Virus record (IMG/VR): IMGVR_UViG_3300037117_000082 | Span: 1-64,000 of that record | Length of the DNA stretch: 64,000 nucleotides | Source of the DNA: a virus | Lineage: Duplodnaviria > Caudoviricetes | Strand: one strand, 5' to 3' | Shown: in pieces, positions 57,614-64,000 of the stretch | How the letters are laid out: each line of letters begins with the position of its first letter | Position numbering within the stretch: position 1 is the first letter of the stretch | The notes under the pieces: model-generated | The model's input: only the letters and a program-made list of their open reading frames with translations | Told to the model about the DNA's origin: nothing | Databases searched by the model: none | Position numbers and translations under genes: made by a program

Positions 57614-57945
57614 CTCTCGCAACCATCACGCCGCTGCCCGTCGCAGAGCAGACGACCGCGGATCTGCTGGACGACGCTGCAGGGCGCCTGGCGCCCCTGT
57701 TCGAGATCGCAAGGTATGCCTGCCCGGCACTCACCGAGGACGAGCTGGCGCTGGCCTGGGAAGACCTGTGCGAAGCCGTGCGGGTCCGGGACGGGCTGGC
57801 CAGCGGCTACATCACCTGGGCTGAAGTTCAGCCCGACCTGACCTGCTCCGGCAGGCAAGAGGAAGCACTCCAGATGGCGTGCGCCGAGGCCGACGAGGCC
57901 CGCGACCGCCTCCAGCACGGCTACATCCGGGGGGATGCACGATGA
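57610..57945 (+). CDS. hypothetical protein
   Basis: ATGA overlaps. Confidence 0.55.
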   Translation: MTLATITPLPVAEQTTADLLDDAAGRLAPLFEIARYACPALTEDELALAWEDLCEAVRVRDGLASGYITWAEVQPDLTCSGRQEEALQMACAEADEARDRLQHGYIRGDAR

Positions 57946-58931
57946 CCGAGACGACTATCACCGAGGCAACGCCGGCCGACTACGACCCGCCGACGCCGAA
58001 GCTGAACGCGGCACTGGCGAAGGTGCAGGCCGAGATGCCGTCCGTGGCCAAGGACAACCTGGCCAGCATTCCCGGCAAGGACGGGAAGACCGGCTACAAG
58101 TACGGCTACGCGGACCTGGCCGACTGCAGCAAGGCGATCCTGCCGCTGCTGGGCAGGCACGGGCTGTCGTTCCGCGCCAAGCCGACGCTGCGCCCGGACG
58201 GCAAGTTCGTCCTGGCCTACGCGCTCAAGCACGAGTCCGGGGAGCAGGACTGCGGGGAGTACCCGCTGCACCTGAACTCGACCCCGCAGGCACTCGGCGG
58301 GGAGATCACCTACGCCCGCCGGTACAGCCTGTGCGCCATCACGGGGCTGGCGCCCGGCGGCGATGACGACGACGCGGCATCGGCTCAGGTGGAGGCGCAG
58401 CACCGCGGCTCCGGGTACGGCCGGGCCGACGACTCGTGGCGTGACCAGCCGCCGGTAAACCGCGCGCAGCCGCCAGCGAACGGTAATGGCCACGCGCCGG
58501 CTCATGCACCCGCGCAGGAGGCTCAGCCCGAGGCGCCCGACGCGGCCACGATCGCCGAGTGGGGCGCGCTGATCGACACCATCACCTGCCAGGAGGACGC
58601 GGACAAGGCTGACGCGGAGCTGAAGGAGATCTTCAAGCAGGACAAGATCACCTCCGCGACCGCCAACGCGATCCGCATGGCCATCCGGGCAAAGACAGCC
58701 TCCCTCGGCAGCCGTGAGGCAGTCCGCCAGCCAGATGAGCAGGTGCTCGCCCTGGCCGCGCGGATCGAGGAAGCGCCGGACATCGCCACCCTGCGGTCCA
58801 TCAGCGACGCGGCGAAGGTGACCCGCAAGGCGAGTGCCTCCTACATGCGCGAGGGGAAGCCGGTCACGATCAGCCAGCGCATCGGCGCGCGGCGGGCCGA
58901 GCTTGAGGCCGCGATGGCCGGTGCGTCGTGA
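57942..58931 (+). CDS. ERF-family single-strand annealing protein
   Basis: ALAKVQ.E...V.KD...Y.YADL...PLL..HGL...PQ.LG..ITYARRYSL....G...DDDA. Confidence 0.92.
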   Translation: MTETTITEATPADYDPPTPKLNAALAKVQAEMPSVAKDNLASIPGKDGKTGYKYGYADLADCSKAILPLLGRHGLSFRAKPTLRPDGKFVLAYALKHESGEQDCGEYPLHLNSTPQALGGEITYARRYSLCAITGLAPGGDDDDAASAQVEAQHRGSGYGRADDSWRDQPPVNRAQPPANGNGHAPAHAPAQEAQPEAPDAATIAEWGALIDTITCQEDADKADAELKEIFKQDKITSATANAIRMAIRAKTASLGSREAVRQPDEQVLALAARIEEAPDIATLRSISDAAKVTRKASASYMREGKPVTISQRIGARRAELEAAMAGAS

Positions 58932-59232
58932 CCGTGGCAACCTTCCGGTCAGCGTGGACCGACCCGGAGTTCGTGCGGCTGGCGTCCTACCGCTCATGGT
59001 GGGACGCCGGGACGTCAACTCGCGGGCCGCTGGCTGACGGGGAGAACCCGTGGCTGACGGACGAGCACCCGGAAGTCACGACCGTGAACGCGGCACCGGT
59101 GCCCCGGCCAAGGCTGGCGCGGGCCGATGAGTACGCGAGCCAGCGGTGCAGCTGTACGCATATTGCTTACGCCGATGAGTACGACGGCGGCTTCTGCCGG
59201 TTCTGCAAGTGCTCGGAGCACGGGGCGGCGTC

Positions 59233-59481
59233 ATGAGCCTCTACTCAGTGCGCCCGTGCAGCACGAGGACCGACCCGGCACCGGGCGTGCAGCTGATGCG
59301 CCAGGGGCAGAACCTGAACCGGCTGAGTCCCGCCGAGGCGCGCGAGCTAGGCGCCGAACTGATCCTCGCCGCCGGCGCGAGCGAGGCACAGTGGCCCGCA
59401 TCCGAAGCCGAAGCCGAGGAAGACGAGGACACGGCCATGCTCGGCGCGGGCTGGTCCGACATGTACGGGTCACCGGGATGA
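59233..59481 (+). CDS. hypothetical protein, paralogue of 48255..48458
   Basis: Shared VRPC...DP.PGV.L...NRLSP.EARELGAE.ILAAGASE.QW. Confidence 0.7.
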   Translation: MSLYSVRPCSTRTDPAPGVQLMRQGQNLNRLSPAEARELGAELILAAGASEAQWPASEAEAEEDEDTAMLGAGWSDMYGSPG

Positions 59482-59837
59482 CCGCCGGCAGCGACGTCCT
59501 GAACCCGGTGGACGTGGAGAACCACATCCAGTCCTGCTCCAACCGGATCGCCGAGGGCGTTCGCGTGGTCACGCAGGCCGAGCGCGAGGCCAGGGCAAAG
59601 CGCCGCGCGTTCGACCTGGCCTTCGCTCACGCCTACAAGCGCGCGGAAGGCCCGGCGCACGAGCGGAAGTACAGCGCCGAGATCGAGGCCATGCCGCACC
59701 GTGAGGCAGCCGACATCGCGGAGATCGCGTTCAGGCACGCGGAGCGGACGGCCAAGGCGCTGGAGAAGGAACTGTTCGCCTGGCAGAGCATTAATTCCAA
59801 TATCAGGGCCATGTACGGCGCGGCGGGTGTCCGGTGA
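59478..59837 (+). CDS. conserved actinophage helical protein
   Basis: LNPVDVE..I...SNRIA.GV...QS....IR..Y; ATGA overlap. Confidence 0.7.
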   Translation: MTAGSDVLNPVDVENHIQSCSNRIAEGVRVVTQAEREARAKRRAFDLAFAHAYKRAEGPAHERKYSAEIEAMPHREAADIAEIAFRHAERTAKALEKELFAWQSINSNIRAMYGAAGVR

Positions 59838-60322
59838 ACCGCGGCGGACCCCTGCGCGCATGCGGACGCCGCTGGCCAGCCGAGGAAGCCGCCCGCCACT
59901 CCAAGCGGGGACTCACCGAGGGTGCCGTTGTCATCCCCTGCTCTACGGGATGCGGGGGCTTTCACGTAGGGGTGCCGAAGGTAAAAGCGGCACCAGCGAG
60001 AAAGGCCGTGCGCAAGCCGCTGGAAACCCGGACACGGCTGCGGCCACGCAGCGCCAAGACGGCAGCCCGCTACGTGACGCGCCGCCAGATCGTCGCCGAG
60101 ATGTTCGCTGAGCCGTCCATCTGCGAAGTGCCGTGGTGCACAGACATTGCCACCGACCCGCATGAGCCGCTGACCCGTGCGCGAGGCGGCGACATCCTCA
60201 ACCGCGACGGCATCCGCAAGGTTTGCAACCCGCACAACGTGATGTTCAGCGCGGATGAGCAGCTGTGGATGTACGAGCTTGGCTTCTTGATCCACTCATG
60301 GGCCCGGGGCGGTGCAGCATGA
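59834..60322 (+). CDS. HNH-like nuclease
   Basis: CEVPWC...ATDPHEPLTRARGG...VCNPHN. Confidence 0.7.
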   Translation: MNRGGPLRACGRRWPAEEAARHSKRGLTEGAVVIPCSTGCGGFHVGVPKVKAAPARKAVRKPLETRTRLRPRSAKTAARYVTRRQIVAEMFAEPSICEVPWCTDIATDPHEPLTRARGGDILNRDGIRKVCNPHNVMFSADEQLWMYELGFLIHSWARGGAA

Positions 60323-61140
60323 CTGAGTGCTCGGTAGATGGCTGCACGAAATCCGCTCGGAGCAGCAAAACCGCTTACTGCGAAATGCATTATTACCGGC
60401 TTCGGAGAACCGGCACTCTCGAAATTATTACTAAGCCTCAGCGCCCGCCTGGCACTTGCACAGTTGACGGCTGCACCAAGCCTCGGTGCAGCCTCGGCTA
60501 CTGCCAGATGCATTACTCGCGGATGCGCAGGAACGGATCGGTGGAGCAGACAAGGCCGTGGAGTCCGACGACCGGCCAGTGCCCGGTTGAAGGATGCGAG
60601 AAACCGCAGAACTACAACGGCATGTGCAAACTGCATGCATCCAGAGTCGCCCGGCACGGTGATCCGTTCGCGTACACGTCGCACAGGGAGCGCAACTTGG
60701 CACGCGGTGAGGCGAACCCGAACTGGACTGGCAGCAATGCCACGTATTCCGCTATCCATCAGCGGCTACCCCGCGTAAAGGGTCGCGCAGCAGATCATCC
60801 GTGCGCAGAGTGCGGCGGGAATGCGAAGCAGTGGTCATACGATCACGCCGACCCGGACGAGCGCACATCAGAGTTCGGTCCCTACTCCACCGATCTTGAC
60901 CGCTACATTCCGCGCTGCGTCCCCTGTCACAAGACGCTTGACCTAGAGGTCAACCCGCCGAAGCGCTCGCCGGTTGATCTTGATGAGGTACGGCGCTTGC
61001 ACGCCGCCGGCGTCCGGGTGGCTGCCATGGCACGCCAGCTCGGCGTCGGCCGGGAGCGAGTCAACTACGCACTGACCGAGCTTGGGCTACCCCGGTTCGG
61101 TCCCGGCAGCCCTGGCAAGAATCTGGCGGTGTCCGCATGA
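60319..61140 (+). CDS. HNH-type endonuclease with three CxVxGC...CxxH Zn repeats
   Basis: Repeats CSVDGC/CTVDGC/CPVEGC; CAECG...WSYDH...YIPRCVPCH; C-terminal HTH; lower GC. Confidence 0.8.
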   Translation: MTECSVDGCTKSARSSKTAYCEMHYYRLRRTGTLEIITKPQRPPGTCTVDGCTKPRCSLGYCQMHYSRMRRNGSVEQTRPWSPTTGQCPVEGCEKPQNYNGMCKLHASRVARHGDPFAYTSHRERNLARGEANPNWTGSNATYSAIHQRLPRVKGRAADHPCAECGGNAKQWSYDHADPDERTSEFGPYSTDLDRYIPRCVPCHKTLDLEVNPPKRSPVDLDEVRRLHAAGVRVAAMARQLGVGRERVNYALTELGLPRFGPGSPGKNLAVSA

Positions 61141-62096
61141 TCCACGCCGGCGGCACCTTCATCGCCATCCTCACCGTAGCCGTCGCCTTCTGGGTGGTCC
61201 CGTACGGCTGGCGGGCCATCGAGTACCTGACCCGCCGCACCCCGTCCCGGTTCCTGGCCCCGGACGACGAGATGGCGCTGCGGATAGCACTGTCACGGCA
61301 CCCGGCAGGGCAGGGAATGGACGCACGGGACGCGGCGTGGTGGGCCGAGCTGGATGCGCTGGCAGCCTGGGCGGACTGGGACCGGCTGACGGCCGATAGC
61401 GCCGATGAGGACCCCCCGTGACACCCCGCGAGCGAGCACTGATCTGGTCAGCCCGGAGGCGGCTCCTGAGCACCCGGCGCATGCCCACGAAGGCCGGGGC
61501 GCTCGTGCAGGTAGAACTCGCGGCCGGGGAACTCACGAAGGCGCTGAGCCTCGCGGGACCGGCCAAGAAAGACATCACCGACAAGGAAAGGGGGCAGGCG
61601 TGAATACCGGAATGGTCATAGGCGTTTCCCTGTTCGCCGTCATCTGCATAGTGGTCGTGGTCGCAATGGCGCTTGGCTACAAGATTACCAACACATTCAC
61701 CATTGCGAAGCAATACCCGCCGAAAGACAGGGCTGCGGCTAAGGCGGAAGTCACGGGCATTGCGGACAGGCGATCGGCTGGCGCGGCATGAACGCCAATG
61801 TTGCCCCGCTAGTCGCCGCAGGAGTGGCCCTCATCGAGGCCAAGCGCCCCGGTGCGGTAGCCCTGCTAGACCCGGCCGTCCTGCGCGTGGATTCCTCCTG
61901 CGACTGCCCGCTAGGCCAGACCTGGGGCAGCTACGTGAAGGGAAAGAAGGCGCTGCGCCTGGACGAGACGGGAGCGCTCCAGCACGGGTTCACGTGGCCG
62001 GCGAGCGGCTACGCGGCTACCCGGTCGTGCGACTTCATCGAGGGCCTGAATGCGGAATGGCGGCGCGTTATCGCGGCTAGGAGGGCAGTCCTGTGA
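61137..62096 (+). other. four small genes (61137-61421, 61418-61603, 61600-61791 membrane, 61788-62096)
   Basis: Chained 4-nt overlaps. Confidence 0.6.
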
Positions 62097-62227
62097 ATGA
62101 GGAAAGATGCGACCTCCTGTGCGCTGAATGCCCTAAGTGTGACTGCGTATGCGAGGACCGCTGCGACGTCGATTGCCATCAGATAACGGCTGGCAACAGG
62201 GCAGCGAGAGGCGAGGGTGCAGCGTAG

Positions 62228-63154
62228 ATGGCTGACAAGACTGGCATTTCCTGGACGGATGCCACATGGAACCCGACGACCGGCTGCGACCGCGTTTCAC
62301 CGGGCTGCGATAACTGCTATGCGATGACGCTGGCGAAGCGGCTAAAGGGCATGGGATCGGCGAAGTACCAGACTGATGGCCACCCGTTTACCAGCGGTCC
62401 CGGATTCGGCGTGGCGGTCCACCCTGACGCACTTGACCAGCCGCTCCGCTGGAAACGGCCACGGCGCATCTTCGTCAACAGCATGTCGGACCTGTTCCAC
62501 AAGGACATTCCCGAGGGCTTCATTGCCCGCGTGTTCGCGGTCATGGCCGGGGCGCCGCAGCACACATTCCAGGTGCTCACCAAGCGCCACGGGCGCATGC
62601 GGTCGCTTGTGGGCAGCGGCCAGTTCCGCGACGCCGTGGCCGATGCCCTGGCGCCGCTGATCACGGACGGCATACCGGGCTTCCGCTCAGTCCCGCCGTG
62701 GCCGCTGCCGAATGTCTGGCTGGGCGTAAGCGCTGAGGATCAGCACTGGGCAGACATCCGCATACCAGCGCTCAACCGGACGCCGGCTGCCGTGCGGTTC
62801 GTCTCAGCCGAGCCGCTGCTAGGGCCGATCAAACTGCACCGGGGACACGGGCACTGCCCGGTCCATGACTTCCCCGGCGGCTTCTGTTCCAGCCCGTGCG
62901 GCGATCTGATCCTGCCTGACTGGCTGATCATTGGCGGCGAGTCCGGACCCGGCGCCCGGCCTATGCAAATCGACTGGGCGCGCGATCTGGTGAGGCAGTC
63001 CCGCGCGGCGGGAATCGCGCCGTTCGTCAAGCAGCTCGGCGCGGTGACGGGCATTCCCCTTGGTGCCGGTTCTCACGGCGCCGACTGGGACGCATGGCCT
63101 GCCGACTTGCGCGTCCGCGAGTTCCCTGCTGCCGCGCAACTGGCCGCGTCATGA
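62228..63154 (+). CDS. phage Gp37/Gp68 (DUF5131) protein
   Basis: I.WTDATWNPTTGC.RVSPGCDNCYA...IFVNSMSDLFH...LTKR...S.EPLLG...GGESGPGARP. Confidence 0.93.
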   Translation: MADKTGISWTDATWNPTTGCDRVSPGCDNCYAMTLAKRLKGMGSAKYQTDGHPFTSGPGFGVAVHPDALDQPLRWKRPRRIFVNSMSDLFHKDIPEGFIARVFAVMAGAPQHTFQVLTKRHGRMRSLVGSGQFRDAVADALAPLITDGIPGFRSVPPWPLPNVWLGVSAEDQHWADIRIPALNRTPAAVRFVSAEPLLGPIKLHRGHGHCPVHDFPGGFCSSPCGDLILPDWLIIGGESGPGARPMQIDWARDLVRQSRAAGIAPFVKQLGAVTGIPLGAGSHGADWDAWPADLRVREFPAAAQLAAS

Positions 63155-63362
63155 CCGCCACAGACCACCGCCGCATAGCCACCCAGGCCGTGAGCCTCCT
63201 GCTGACCATCGGCTGCTACGGGCTGGACCGCAGCAAGCAGCGGGAGTTGTGGCAGCGCGCCCTTGACCTTGACCGGCATCTGCACCCGGGCTTCCCACCC
63301 ACCACCGTCTGGACGGCCGGGGAAGGCGACATAGACCCGCCGCGACGAGAGCAGGCGACCGC

Positions 63363-63854
63363 ATGACGCGCGGCGCGATTGCCGGCAGCGAGCCGGGTTT
63401 CTTCGCCATCGGCATCTACCACCCGAAGGCTGAGGTCAATGTCGGCTCCCTCTGGCGATCCGCCACCCTGTACGGCGCGGCGTTCGTGTTCACGGTCGGC
63501 CGCCGTTACGAGCCGCAGTGCAGCGATACCCCGGTCACGCCGAAGCGCATTCCGTACTTCGCGTTCGATGGCATGGATGACCTGACCGGCAACCTGCCGT
63601 GGTCGTGCCCGCTGATAGCCGTCGAGATGACCCCGTTCTCGCAGCCGCTGTACCAGTTCAGGCACCCGGAGCGCGCCGCCTATCTCCTTGGCGCCGAGGA
63701 TCACGGGCTGCCGCGATCGATCAGTGACCGCTGCCACGACCAGGTAGTGATCGAGGGGCCCGTAGCGGAGTCGATGAATGTCGCCTGCGCCGGCTCCGTG
63801 CTGCTGCATGACCGCTACGTGAAAGCCGATCTGAAGGCGGCGAGGCCGTCATGA
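63363..63854 (+). CDS. SpoU/TrmH-family (SPOUT) RNA methyltransferase
   Basis: NVGSLWRSA, LLGAEDHGL, SMNVACAGSVLLHD motifs. Confidence 0.88.
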   Translation: MTRGAIAGSEPGFFAIGIYHPKAEVNVGSLWRSATLYGAAFVFTVGRRYEPQCSDTPVTPKRIPYFAFDGMDDLTGNLPWSCPLIAVEMTPFSQPLYQFRHPERAAYLLGAEDHGLPRSISDRCHDQVVIEGPVAESMNVACAGSVLLHDRYVKADLKAARPS

Positions 63855-64000
63855 CCACCTCCCCTATCACTCCCGTACCTGCGGTGGAAGGGAAGTCCGC
63901 CGTAGGTACGGGTTCCACCCCGCGCTCGTGGACGCTGGAGTTGCCCGCGGGCATGCGCCTGCTGTCCCTCAACGGCCGGTACCACTGGGCCGAGAAGGGC
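63851..64000 (+). CDS. probable RusA-like resolvase, truncated by window edge
   Basis: WTLELP...LSLNGR.HW N-terminal pattern. Confidence 0.5.
   Translation, partial: MTTSPITPVPAVEGKSAVGTGSTPRSWTLELPAGMRLLSLNGRYHWAEKG

Noticed and set aside
62228-63154. DUF5131 protein as maturase for the FxSxx peptide
   Set aside because: Different family from FxsB, no SPASM domain visible, 12 kb away and common in phages.

Overview
High-GC actinobacterial temperate phage or prophage; the host is plausibly Streptosporangiales, inferred from gene types. No tail tape-measure or lysin gene is recognisable in the window. (1) 1-26.9 kb is a leftward virion module: TerS, TerL, small genes, a 1546-aa portal polyprotein (portal, MuF, ParB-like, 2H-phosphoesterase), accessory virion proteins, an HK97-type protease/scaffold, a major capsid gene split by a group I intron carrying an HNH gene, then glycosyltransferases and an epimerase. 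(2) 27.2-34.1 kb is a rightward array of small genes separated by conserved hairpins and an extended RBS motif, ending in a DUF3631-like NTPase and a tyrosine recombinase. (3) 34-45 kb is leftward: a late-regulator-like gene plus an AICE-type transfer module (TraB/FtsK, SpdA-like, WhiB, Xis, divergent GntR). (4) 45-55 kb holds accessory genes, including MazG, an unannotated FxSxx-COOH-type RiPP precursor and a primase Zn-finger/HTH gene with palindromic repeats. (5) 55-64 kb holds the CI/Cro switch and early operon (DivIVA-like peptide, ERF, HNHs, DUF5131, SpoU methyltransferase). Strongest unexpected signals: a circularly permuted tRNA (YrlA-like) fold antisense inside the portal gene, a capsid motif copied into the portal polyprotein, the orphan FxSxx peptide, and tRNA-like hairpins punctuating the early array. 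All family calls are by eye; no searches were run.
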